This document shows positions 9,232 to 18,202 of a stretch of DNA of 64,000 bases, piece by piece. How positions within the stretch are numbered: the first letter of the stretch is position 1; every line of letters starts with the position of its first letter. The stretch is from Novosphingobium sp. (GTDB taxonomy: Bacteria > Pseudomonadota > Alphaproteobacteria > Sphingomonadales > Sphingomonadaceae): the NCBI GenBank assembly GCA_020848655.1, contig JADLHU010000115.1, positions 11,899-75,898 of the forward strand, in the 5' to 3' direction. Below the pieces are notes generated by a model. It saw only the letters and a list, made by a program, of their open reading frames with translations, was not told where the DNA came from and did not search any database. Both the position numbers and the translations under genes were made by a program.

Positions 9232-11904
9232 TCAGAACGTCAGCGAGGCCGAGATCGACAGCGTGGTGCCCAGATCATAGGTGTTGAAATCGATCCGGTT
9301 GCCGGCGGTGGTCTGGAATTCCTGGTGGCGCGTGCCCAGCAGGTTGCGCGCTTCCAGCTTGAGTTCCATGTCCTGGCCGAACACCGGCATGCCTTCGCGT
9401 GCCACGAAATCGAGCTGGAAGCCGGGCTTCTCGATCACGTCGGGTTGCGGCGGCGTGCCGCGCAGGCCGCGGCTGACGACGCGCTTGCTGGCGTAGCTGA
9501 GCATGAGCGTCTGCTGCGAAAGCCGCTCGGTGTTCTCGAAGCCGAGTTGCAGGTTCACCAGGTGGTCGGACTGCCCGGTCAGCGCCGAGCCATCGCGGAA
9601 GTAGTCGGTGGCCAGCGATGAGGCGGCGGCGAAAACGGCCACGCTGTCGCCGTCGGTCACGCTCAGCTTCGACTTGGAGTAGGTATAGTTGACGATCGCC
9701 ACCGCGCGGCGATCCTGGAACCAGCCGCCGATCGGGGACAGGTCGAAATACTTCTGCGCTTCCACCTCGGCGCCATAAAGCTGGGCTTCGGGCGCGTTGG
9801 CATAGCTGGTGACGAGGTTGTCGCTCAGCAGGCTGACGAAGGCTTCGATCGGCCGCTTGATCTTCTTGTAGAACCCCGCGACCGACAGGCGCTGTTCGGG
9901 CGCGAAGTACCATTCGACGCGGGCTTCGCCGTTGTAGAGCGTACTGTCGGTCAGCAGCGGGTTGCCCAGGTACTGGCGGTTGCTTTCGGGATCGAAGTAC
10001 GGCTGGTAGATCAGTTCGCGGAACTGCGGGCGGGCGATCGTCTTGGATGCGCTGAGGCGCACTTGCAGGTCGGGCTGGATCTGCCAGGTCAGCGTCGCGG
10101 CCGGCAGCCAGTATTGCTTCTTCAGTTCGGTCCCGGCGATGGAAGGCGGCGTGAGGAACACCTGGATCGGTTCCACGCTCTGGCGCGCCCATTCAAAGCG
10201 CACGCCGGTATCGAGGCTGATCGCGTCGGTGATCTGCGCGTTGACTTTGGCATAGCCGGCCCAGTTGCGCAGCTTGGCGCGGAAGGCCGGGGTCGACTGG
10301 TCGGGTTCGATCAGGTCGATGCCAAGCTTTTCGACGAGGTTGGGCGCGAGCAGCAGGTCGGGCCGCAGCACCGAGACCGGCAGCAGGAAATCGCTGCCGG
10401 CGCGGAACAGGAACTGGCGGCGCGAGGCATCGCGGACCGTATCGCTGAACGCGCCGCCGATGGTGGCGGACCAGCCGGGCGCGATCTTGTAGCTGATATC
10501 GACGCCGCCCGACCACAGGTCCTCGTTGAGGTCCGAGAAGGTCACGCTGGCTTCGCCGTTGTTGCCGTTCAGCCGGTTGACGAAGAGGTTGCCATAGGGA
10601 TCGGCCGCCGAATTGGTGCGGACGTATTCGAACGAGGTCTGGTAGGGGGCTTCGCGCTGCGAATTGGCATAGCCGGCGCGCAAGTCGACCGACAGGTCGG
10701 CCAGCGGCTTGAGTTCGGCGACGAAGTGCGAATCGATCAACTGGCGCTCGAACCACGCGGTATCCTGTTGCAGGAAATCGGCGTCGGTCTGGTTGCGCTG
10801 GCCGATGCCATAGCGCGTCTGCTTGATCGTGTCGCGGATGTAGAGGTTGGTCCAGCGCAGCTTGTTCTCGCCGAATTCGAGGCCGAGACCGAGCAGGCCG
10901 TTGACGACGATGCGGTTGTCGGTGGTCACGCGCTCGAAATCGGTCTGCAACGTCGAAAGGTCGCTGCTGAACGAGGACTGCTGGATCGCGTCGCGGTTCT
11001 GCCACTTGTTGCTGAAGCCCGCCGCCGCGATCACGCCGAACTGCGCGCCGCCCAGGTCGAACGACTTGCCGGCCGAGAAGTTGAGCGAGAAGTTGGGCGG
11101 CAGGTTCGGCACGCGCTGCACGACCGCGCGGCTGAAGCGGACGAGCTGGGCCGCGACGGCCGAACTGTCGACCGTGCCATCGTTCAGCGATTGGCCGCTG
11201 GCGAAGAATGCCTTCAACGCGGGCGGCACGTCGCGGCTGCCGTTGTCGAAGCCGGTCCAGTCGCTTTTCGCGCCGTAGTAGCTGTAGCCGAACTGGCCGA
11301 TCGTCTCGGTGTTGCCGGCGATGCTGCCCCCGATGGTCAGGAAGGGATCGCGCGGAACGGACTTGGTGGTCAGGTTGATCACGCCGCCGCCGAACTCTCC
11401 GGGATAGTTCACCGAATAGCTTTTCTGGACGAGCGTGGAGGAAATGACACCGCTGGGGAAGATATCGAGCGGGACGACGCGGCGCAGCGGTTCGGGGCTG
11501 GGCAGCGGCGAGCCGTTGAGCAGCGCCAGCGAATAGCGATCGCCCAGGCCGCGCACATAGACGAGGCCCGAGCCGACGACGCTGAGGCCGGTGACGCGAC
11601 CCAGCGCACCGGCGATGTTGCCTTCGCCGGTGCGGGCGATCTCGGCGGTGGAGAGCACCGCGACGACCTGGTCCGAGGACTTGGCGAGGTTGCGGCTACG
11701 CAGGCCGGTGACGAGGATTTCGCCGGGAACCGATACTTCGACCTGTTCCTGTTCCTTCTCGGCCGGCGCCGGTTCGGCCACGGTGGGCTGATCGGCGGCC
11801 TGATCCGCGGGCAGGGCGGGTTCGGTCTGCGCGTAGGCGATGCTCGGCGCGATGAGCGCGGACGTGAAAAGTAGAGCGCTGGCGAGCCGCGACGACACGG
11901 TCAT
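9232..11904 (-). CDS. TonB-dependent receptor
   Basis: Signal peptide, TonB box 'EILVTG', plug 'VRGLGDRYS..LPSPEP.RRVVPLDIFP', C-terminal Phe. Confidence 0.93.
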   Translation of the reverse strand: MTVSSRLASALLFTSALIAPSIAYAQTEPALPADQAADQPTVAEPAPAEKEQEQVEVSVPGEILVTGLRSRNLAKSSDQVVAVLSTAEIARTGEGNIAGALGRVTGLSVVGSGLVYVRGLGDRYSLALLNGSPLPSPEPLRRVVPLDIFPSGVISSTLVQKSYSVNYPGEFGGGVINLTTKSVPRDPFLTIGGSIAGNTETIGQFGYSYYGAKSDWTGFDNGSRDVPPALKAFFASGQSLNDGTVDSSAVAAQLVRFSRAVVQRVPNLPPNFSLNFSAGKSFDLGGAQFGVIAAAGFSNKWQNRDAIQQSSFSSDLSTLQTDFERVTTDNRIVVNGLLGLGLEFGENKLRWTNLYIRDTIKQTRYGIGQRNQTDADFLQQDTAWFERQLIDSHFVAELKPLADLSVDLRAGYANSQREAPYQTSFEYVRTNSAADPYGNLFVNRLNGNNGEASVTFSDLNEDLWSGGVDISYKIAPGWSATIGGAFSDTVRDASRRQFLFRAGSDFLLPVSVLRPDLLLAPNLVEKLGIDLIEPDQSTPAFRAKLRNWAGYAKVNAQITDAISLDTGVRFEWARQSVEPIQVFLTPPSIAGTELKKQYWLPAATLTWQIQPDLQVRLSASKTIARPQFRELIYQPYFDPESNRQYLGNPLLTDSTLYNGEARVEWYFAPEQRLSVAGFYKKIKRPIEAFVSLLSDNLVTSYANAPEAQLYGAEVEAQKYFDLSPIGGWFQDRRAVAIVNYTYSKSKLSVTDGDSVAVFAAASSLATDYFRDGSALTGQSDHLVNLQLGFENTERLSQQTLMLSYASKRVVSRGLRGTPPQPDVIEKPGFQLDFVAREGMPVFGQDMELKLEARNLLGTRHQEFQTTAGNRIDFNTYDLGTTLSISASLTF

Positions 11905-11934
11905 CGGAATTCCCCCAAGATACAAATGGCAGGA

Positions 11935-11962
11935 CGGGGGCAGCCATTGACGGCTGCCCCCG
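11935..11962. other. Intercistronic GC-rich stem-loop (mRNA stabiliser or partial terminator)
   Basis: CGGGGGCAGCC-ATTGAC-GGCTGCCCCCG between the lipoprotein and TonB receptor genes; no U tract. Confidence 0.6.
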
Positions 11963-11985
11963 CGATTACGTCAGGCAACCGCCGC

Positions 11986-13578
11986 TCAGGTGGTCGGCAG
12001 CGAGGTGCAATCGCCCGAATTGCCCGAACCGAAGTTCGCCGTGCTGCTGTTGCAGGTCCAGCCGGCGTACCAGGTGTCGCTGGCGTTGCGCACCGCGCCG
12101 ATCCAGGACGTGGTGTCGAAGAAGCTGGAAAGGCCCTTCGGGTCGGTCGCCGCCACGCCGCTTTCGTTGGCGCCGTTGATGAACAGGCTGGACAGCGTGG
12201 CGGTCAGCGCGTCGCTGTTGTTGTTGCTGCCCGCGCCGAACTGCGTGGTGACCTGGGCGGCGGTGTAGCTGCCGCTGCCGAGGTACTTGGTCGCGTTGCA
12301 CTGCATCGCCACCGAGCGCGCGGTGAGCGTGGCGGGCGTGGTGCCCGTACCGTTCATGCGCAGGCACTCGTTGTTCGGGGACACGATCAGGCCGTTGATC
12401 CAGGTCGTGTCGGAATTGCCGCGCAGCAGCACGCTGGCAAGATCGGCGCCTTCGTTGTTGCTGCTGACCTGGCGCTGGATGCCGGTGAAGTTGGCCACCT
12501 TCAGCTTGGTGCGGGGGGTGTCGCCCTCGTTGCCGTTGCTGTCGATTTCCATCAGCGCGTCGCCCGCGCCATCGCGCTGGAGCAGCAGCGCGTACTGCAC
12601 GTTCATCTGCGCGCCGGTATCGACGTCGAGGCTGTCGTCGTCGGCGCCGACGCTGATGTAGTATTTCATGTTCGGGCTGCCGCCGAACCATTCGGAGCCA
12701 TCGTCCGAGCTGTTGTAGCTCATGATGTGGTCAAGCTGCGTGCCGGTGCCGATGCCTTCGCCGGTCAGCGACTGCAATTCGACGTTCGACCCCAGGATGA
12801 AGCCCGAATAGCGGATCTGGACGTAGCTCATCTTGCCGGCGTTGTAGCTGTCGCTGGCGCCGCCGAAGCGTGCCGGATCGGCCGAACCTTCGGTCTGGCG
12901 TTCGCAGGTGCCGGCGGTGACGCTGCCGGTGGTGCAATCGGTCACGGGCGCGCGGCCCATCAGCACGATGCCGCCCCACTGGCCTTGCGAGGTTTCCGAA
13001 TTGATGCCCAGCACGTTGTCGCGGCTGGTGAAGATGATCGGCTTGGCGGCGGTGCCCACGGCGTTGATCTTGTTGCCGCGATTGACCGCGAGCCACGACT
13101 GGCCGGTGCCGCCGAACAGGATCACGCCCGGTTCGATGGTCAGCGTGACGTTGGTATCGGCGGTGATCGGGGCGGTGCAGCCCACGGTCGAGGAGGTGAA
13201 CGACGCGGTGGGGGCGGTGAAACCGCCATCGCAGCCCACATCGACGCGGCCCGGCAACTGGTAGAGCAGGCCGGGGAGCTTGGGCAGCGTGGAGGACGAG
13301 CGGATCAGCTTGGGCAGGCTGCACACGCGCCAGGTGCCGGTCGGGCCGGTGATGGTGCCGGCATCGGTCAGGCCTTGCGGGTCGGCGATGGTCGGGCAGC
13401 CGGCGGCGGGCGTTACCGTGGCACCGCCGGACGAAGTCGGCGTGGGCGTCGGCGTCGGGGCCGGGTTGTTGATGACGACGTCGCCGCCGGTGCCGGGCGA
13501 GGCGATGTCGCTCGGACCGCAACCAGCGAGCGCGAGCGCGCTACAGCCGACAAGCAGCAAGCCATGGATATTCTTCAC
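11986..13578 (-). CDS. Cys-rich surface lipoprotein, beta-helix-like (possibly ElpS-like)
   Basis: GTG start with GAGGGG RBS, lipobox LAGC, PT linker, motifs 'YVQIRYSG', 'DDGSEWFGG', 'DDDSLDVDTG'; ElpS similarity is inferred from context only. Confidence 0.75.
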   Translation of the reverse strand: MKNIHGLLLVGCSALALAGCGPSDIASPGTGGDVVINNPAPTPTPTPTSSGGATVTPAAGCPTIADPQGLTDAGTITGPTGTWRVCSLPKLIRSSSTLPKLPGLLYQLPGRVDVGCDGGFTAPTASFTSSTVGCTAPITADTNVTLTIEPGVILFGGTGQSWLAVNRGNKINAVGTAAKPIIFTSRDNVLGINSETSQGQWGGIVLMGRAPVTDCTTGSVTAGTCERQTEGSADPARFGGASDSYNAGKMSYVQIRYSGFILGSNVELQSLTGEGIGTGTQLDHIMSYNSSDDGSEWFGGSPNMKYYISVGADDDSLDVDTGAQMNVQYALLLQRDGAGDALMEIDSNGNEGDTPRTKLKVANFTGIQRQVSSNNEGADLASVLLRGNSDTTWINGLIVSPNNECLRMNGTGTTPATLTARSVAMQCNATKYLGSGSYTAAQVTTQFGAGSNNNSDALTATLSSLFINGANESGVAATDPKGLSSFFDTTSWIGAVRNASDTWYAGWTCNSSTANFGSGNSGDCTSLPTT

Positions 13579-13649
13579 GATGAATTCCCCCTCAAGGTCG
13601 GAACGACGCGGCGGTCCCGCCGTCGCGAATCGCCAATTAGAGGAGGCAG

Positions 13650-13723
13650 GTGACAGTTTGTTTTCGTTATCGTGACGGTTTTCTTGCAATATTCGCGTCT
13701 ATAGTATGACGGATATATGACAA
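13650..13723 (-). promoter_or_regulatory. Pho box array upstream of the lipoprotein
   Basis: Minus strand TTGTCAT-ATAT-CCGTCAT (13706-13723), plus 11-bp-period half-sites CCGTCAC (13672-13678) and CTGTCAC (13650-13656). Confidence 0.75.
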
Positions 13724-13856
13724 TTACCGCGTGATCGGCGATTCCCGGGCGGCGGAATGGTGCCGGCTTCTTTGCTATAGGGATGGCAACCGGTGTTATT
13801 TCACGATCCGCGCCGGGCATTCCGAATCACGATGCGCAGGCCCGATGCACCGTGCG

Positions 13857-13874
13857 ATTGCAGTTTTATGACAG
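13857..13874 (-). promoter_or_regulatory. Pho box
   Basis: Minus strand CTGTCAT-AAAA-CTGCAAT, close to the PhoB consensus CTGTCAT-A(A/T)A(T/A)-CTGTCAY. Confidence 0.75.
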
Positions 13875-13948
13875 TTGTGAAATTTTTTTGATTCTCGCCG
13901 CCAGCGCGGCTTATCCTCCCTCCATCGAAACAGAACGGGAGAGATAAG

Positions 13949-14323
13949 ATGTCGATATCGCTGCTTCTCGCCAGCGCCCTGCTTGCCTCCCCCGCAACGC
14001 ATGTCGTCGCCAGCCCGGCGGACACCGATCGGGTCGAGGTGGCATATGATGCGCTGCGGGCCGGCCGGAACGATGCCGCCATCGCGCAACTGCGCGCCTC
14101 GGGCCTTGCCGCCGATGGTGATCCGGCGGCGCTGATCAACATGGGCACTGCCTATGCGCGGCTGGGCCGCCCTGACGCGGCCATGGCCTGCTTCAAGGCC
14201 GCCATGGCCAGCACCACGCGCTATGACCTGCAACTGGCGGACGGAAGCTGGGTCGATTCGCGCCTGGCCGCGCGCCGCGCCGCCGAAGCACTGGACCGCA
14301 GCGCCGCGCTCGCCATGCGCTGA
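13949..14323 (+). CDS. Small secreted TPR-like protein
   Basis: Signal peptide, TPR-like 'AALINMG.AYARLGR.D.A..CF..A'; GGGAGA RBS. Confidence 0.75.
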   Translation: MSISLLLASALLASPATHVVASPADTDRVEVAYDALRAGRNDAAIAQLRASGLAADGDPAALINMGTAYARLGRPDAAMACFKAAMASTTRYDLQLADGSWVDSRLAARRAAEALDRSAALAMR

Positions 14324-14359
14324 TCGGCCGCGCGCCACTTCACGCGAACTCCACACCGC

Positions 14360-14385
14360 CGACGGCCGGGGAAACCCGGTCGTCG
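14360..14385 (+). terminator. Stem-loop after the TPR gene
   Basis: CGACGGCCGGG-GAAA-CCCGGTCGTCG; weak U tract. Confidence 0.45.
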
Positions 14386-14439
14386 TTGCATTGGCACCGC
14401 GCCAATGAGATGGTTGGCCGGCTCGAATCGGCTGGCAAT

Positions 14440-14457
14440 ACGTCACACGGTTGTCAT
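14440..14457 (+). promoter_or_regulatory. Pho box upstream of the virB operon
   Basis: ACGTCAC-ACGG-TTGTCAT, 35 nt before the GTG start at 14493. Confidence 0.65.
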
Positions 14458-14492
14458 CTTTCGTGGCAAATAGGAGCCCGAAGGAGGGCGCG

Positions 14493-15149
14493 GTGAGTCG
14501 CAGTTCGGCCAATGTTTCGGTAATGACTGTCGCGGCCCCTGTGCTTTTCGCGGCGGGTCTTGCCTTGGGCGTGGCCACGGCGCGGGCGGACGTGATGGAA
14601 ATCGGCGGCGGCGGTCATGTCTGGATCGCCGGTGGCCCTATCGCCGCGCAGCCTGCCACGCAGCCCCTGGCGCTGGCCGCGGCCGGTTCGGAAACGCCGG
14701 CGGAACCTGTCGGCGGTGCGCCGGATCCCGCTGCGCTGACCCAGGTCGATGCCGCCGCCGGTCCCGCCGCATGGCGCGATCACGTGGCGCAGATGGCTGC
14801 CAAGTACGATGTCAGCCCGGCGCTGCTCGAAGCGCTGGTCTGGCAGGAAAGCCGCTGGAACACCGGTGCGGTGTCTCCGGCCGGCGCGCGCGGGCTGGCG
14901 CAGTTGATGCCCGGCACGGCACGCCAGATGGGCATCGATCCGGCCAATCCGCACGCCAACCTTGAAGGCGGCGCGCGCTATCTTCGCATGCAGCTCGATG
15001 CGTTCGGCGGCGATGTGGAGAAAGCGCTGGCCGCCTATAATGCCGGGCCGGGCCGCGTTATCCGCGCCGGTGGCATTCCCGCCATTCGTGAGACACGGGA
15101 CTATGTCGCTTCGATCATGACGCGATTGTCCAATCCAGTTCGGAGATGA
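14493..15149 (+). CDS. virB1: Lytic transglycosylase (VirB1-like)
   Basis: SLT motifs QES, 'GLAQLMP.T', 'AAYNAGPG'; GGAGG RBS; overlaps virB2 start. Confidence 0.85.
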   Translation: MSRSSANVSVMTVAAPVLFAAGLALGVATARADVMEIGGGGHVWIAGGPIAAQPATQPLALAAAGSETPAEPVGGAPDPAALTQVDAAAGPAAWRDHVAQMAAKYDVSPALLEALVWQESRWNTGAVSPAGARGLAQLMPGTARQMGIDPANPHANLEGGARYLRMQLDAFGGDVEKALAAYNAGPGRVIRAGGIPAIRETRDYVASIMTRLSNPVRR

Positions 15150-15472
15150 ATTCGATGCGTTCCATCAGGGCAGCCGGCATCGCGGCGCTTTTCGCCGCCA
15201 TGCTTCCCCAATCGGCGTTCGCGCAGGCGGTGCAGGGCGCGAACCCGCAAGGCTCCGGCCCGATCGTCGCTGCGCTGGGCTGGTTGCAGGGCACGCTGCT
15301 GGGCAATGTCGCCACCGCCGTCGCGGTCATGGCGGTGGCCGCCGTGGGCTTCATGATGCTGACCGGGCGGCTCAACTGGCGCTTCGGCGCCACGGTGATC
15401 ATCGGCTGCTTCATCCTGTTCGGCGCGGGGGCCATCGTTTCGGGCATCCAGTCCGCCGCTGGCGCGGGCTGA
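15146..15472 (+). CDS. virB2: VirB2/TrbC pilin
   Basis: Signal peptide ending AFA-Q, two hydrophobic segments, 'G.MML.GR..W', 'I.FGA..IV'. Confidence 0.9.
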   Translation: MNSMRSIRAAGIAALFAAMLPQSAFAQAVQGANPQGSGPIVAALGWLQGTLLGNVATAVAVMAVAAVGFMMLTGRLNWRFGATVIIGCFILFGAGAIVSGIQSAAGAG

Positions 15473-15478
15473 GCGGCG

Positions 15479-15760
15479 GTGGACCTTATCCGCCACCCCG
15501 TGCATCGCGCGCTGACGCGGCCGCAGATGTTCGCGGGCGTGACCTACAGCTTCTTCATCATCAATGCGGCGGTCACCACCGAAGTCTTCCTGATTTCCAA
15601 GAGCTTCCTGGCGCTGCCCGTGGCGCTGGCGATCCACGCGGTGGGCTATCTCGCGTGCCTGCGTGAACCGCGCGTGTTCGATCTGTGGATCACCCGGGTC
15701 AGCAAGTGCCCCAGGGTCCGCAACTGGCAGCGCTGGGGCTGCAACAGCTATGCGCCGTAA
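15479..15760 (+). CDS. virB3: VirB3
   Basis: 'ALTRPQMFAGV', two TM segments, 'EPR.FDLW', C-terminal 'NSY.P'. Confidence 0.92.
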   Translation: MDLIRHPVHRALTRPQMFAGVTYSFFIINAAVTTEVFLISKSFLALPVALAIHAVGYLACLREPRVFDLWITRVSKCPRVRNWQRWGCNSYAP

Positions 15761-15772
15761 GGGGTGGAACGA

Positions 15773-18202
15773 ATGGTCAGCATGAAAGTCGGCCTGCCCT
15801 GGGCGCGCAAGGAAGCGCTGGCGGGCGATCGCCTGCCCTACCTGGCGCTGATCGACGAGAACACCGTGCTGCTGCGCGATGGTTCGGTCATGGTCTCGCT
15901 GCTGGTGCCGGGGCTGGCCTTCGAAACCGCCGACAGCGACGAGCTGAACGCCCACACCGCCACGCGCGAGGTGCTGTTGCGCAGCTCGCTCGATGCACGC
16001 TTCGTGCTCTATCACCACGTGATCCGCCGCCGTGTTCATGTGGAACTGGACAGCCGCTTCGACGATCCGCTGGCCGGGCACATCGATGCGCGCTGGCGCG
16101 AAAAGCTGGCCGGCGGGGCGCTTTACGTGAACGACCAGTTCGTCACGCTGGTGCGCCGTCCGGCGCGCGGCAAGGCGGGCTGGGCGGAAAAGCTGTCGCG
16201 CCTGTGGAAGCAGCGCGGCGCCGCGCAGACCGAGGCCGATCCCGCCGACATTCGCACGCTGCGCGCGGCGGCTGGCGCGATGATCGCCTCGCTTTCGTCC
16301 TATGGCGCGCGCCTGCTGGGCGATTACCAGGGCGCGGGCGGCACCTGTTCCGAAGTGCTCGAAATGCTCTCGGCGCTTTATAACGGCGAAATGCGCCCGG
16401 TGCGCCGCCCGGCGGACGATGCCGACATCGGCCGGATGCTGCCTTATCGCCGGATCAGCTTCGGCCTGGACGCGATGGAACTGCGCGGCGCGGGTGGGGC
16501 GGGCGAAAGCAGCTTCGCCTCGCTCGTCAGCCTGAAGGACTATCCCGACAGCACCGCGCCCGGGCTGACCGACGCGCTGCTGCGCCTGCCATGCGAACTG
16601 GTGCTGAGCGAAAGCTACGCCCCGTCAGACCGGCAAGTCTCGCGCGAGCGGATCGACCTGGCCATCCGCCGGCTCAAGTCCGCCGACGAGGAAGCCATGG
16701 CCGAACGGCGCGAGATGATGCTGGCGCGCGATTCGCTGGGCACCGGCGCGGTGGCGTTCGGCGATCATCACCTGTCGATCCTCGTGCGCTCCAACCGGCT
16801 CGATGCGCTGGACGACGTGACCGCGATGTGCGCCGCCGCGCTGGCCGATGCCGGCGCCGTCGCGGTGCGCGAGGACGTGAACCTGGAGCCGGGCTTCTGG
16901 GGCCAGTTCCCCGGCAACGAAGGCTATCTGGTACGCCGCGCGCTGATCTCCAGCGCCAACATGGCCTGCTTCGGCTCGCTCCACGGCTTTGCCATGGGGC
17001 AAGCCAGCGGCAACCACTGGGGCGATGCCGTCACGCTGTTGCAGACCACCAGCGCGACGCCGTTCTTCTTCAACTTCCACCAGGGCGATCTGGGCAATTT
17101 CACCGTCATCGGCCCTTCGGGTTCGGGCAAGACCGTGGTGATGAACTTCCTGGCCGCGCAGGCGCAGAAGTTTTCCCCGCGCACCATCCTGGTCGACAAG
17201 GATCGCGGCGCCGAAGTCTTCGTGCGCGGCATCGGCGGGCGCTACAGCCGCGTCGCCGCCGGGCACCCCACCGGGTTCAATCCGATGGCACTGCCCGACA
17301 GCGCCGCCAACCGCGCTTTCCTGCGTGATTGGCTGGGCGTGCTGCTGGCGGCGAAAGGCCCCGAGGAAATGGCGACGATCGCGGGCGCGGTCGATGCCGC
17401 CTATGCCAACGATCCCGCGCTGCGCCGGCTTACGCATTTTCGCGAGCTGCTGGCCGGATCGCGCCGGCCCGAACCGGGCGACCTCGCCAGTCGGCTGGAA
17501 GCCTGGATCGCCGATGGCGAACATGGCTGGCTGTTCGACAATGCCGAGGACAGGCTTGACCTTTCGGCCCGCACATTGGGCTTCGACATGACCGCGCTGC
17601 TGGAAACGCCGCGCCTGCGCACGCCGGTGATGATGTACCTGTTCCACCGCATCGAGGAGCGGCTGGACGGCGAGCCGACGATGATCCTGATCGACGAGGG
17701 CTGGAAGGCGCTGGACGACGAGGTTTTCGCCGCGCGCATCCGCGACTGGCTGAAGACGCTGCGCAAGCGCAACGCGCTGGTCGGCTTCGCCACGCAATCG
17801 GCGCGCGATGCGCTTGACAGCCGCATCGCCACCGCGCTGGTCGAACAGACCGCGACGATGATCTTCATGCCCAATTCCCGCGCCCGCCCCGAAGACTATT
17901 GCGAGGGCTTCGGGCTGACCGCGCACGAACTGGACCTGATCCGCACGCTGCCCGCGCAAAGCCGCTGCTTCCTGATCCGCCAGAGCGATGCCTCGGTGGT
18001 GGTGCGGCTGGACCTTTCGGGCATGCCCGAAGTGCTGGCGGTGCTTTCGGGCCGCGAAAGCGTGGTCCGCCGGCTCGATGCCTTGCGCGCCGAATATGGC
18101 GATGCGCCATCGGCCTGGTATCCGGCGCTGACCGGCGAGATCTGGCCGGGTGACGCGGACGATGCCGCCGACGCCGCGCTGTGGACCGAGGCCGCCGAAT
18201 GA
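15773..18202 (+). CDS. virB4: VirB4 ATPase
   Basis: Walker A GPSGSGKT, 'DKDRG', Walker B ILIDEGW, 'RKRN..FATQS'; start may be 15764, 15773 or 15782. Confidence 0.95.
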   Translation: MVSMKVGLPWARKEALAGDRLPYLALIDENTVLLRDGSVMVSLLVPGLAFETADSDELNAHTATREVLLRSSLDARFVLYHHVIRRRVHVELDSRFDDPLAGHIDARWREKLAGGALYVNDQFVTLVRRPARGKAGWAEKLSRLWKQRGAAQTEADPADIRTLRAAAGAMIASLSSYGARLLGDYQGAGGTCSEVLEMLSALYNGEMRPVRRPADDADIGRMLPYRRISFGLDAMELRGAGGAGESSFASLVSLKDYPDSTAPGLTDALLRLPCELVLSESYAPSDRQVSRERIDLAIRRLKSADEEAMAERREMMLARDSLGTGAVAFGDHHLSILVRSNRLDALDDVTAMCAAALADAGAVAVREDVNLEPGFWGQFPGNEGYLVRRALISSANMACFGSLHGFAMGQASGNHWGDAVTLLQTTSATPFFFNFHQGDLGNFTVIGPSGSGKTVVMNFLAAQAQKFSPRTILVDKDRGAEVFVRGIGGRYSRVAAGHPTGFNPMALPDSAANRAFLRDWLGVLLAAKGPEEMATIAGAVDAAYANDPALRRLTHFRELLAGSRRPEPGDLASRLEAWIADGEHGWLFDNAEDRLDLSARTLGFDMTALLETPRLRTPVMMYLFHRIEERLDGEPTMILIDEGWKALDDEVFAARIRDWLKTLRKRNALVGFATQSARDALDSRIATALVEQTATMIFMPNSRARPEDYCEGFGLTAHELDLIRTLPAQSRCFLIRQSDASVVVRLDLSGMPEVLAVLSGRESVVRRLDALRAEYGDAPSAWYPALTGEIWPGDADDAADAALWTEAAE

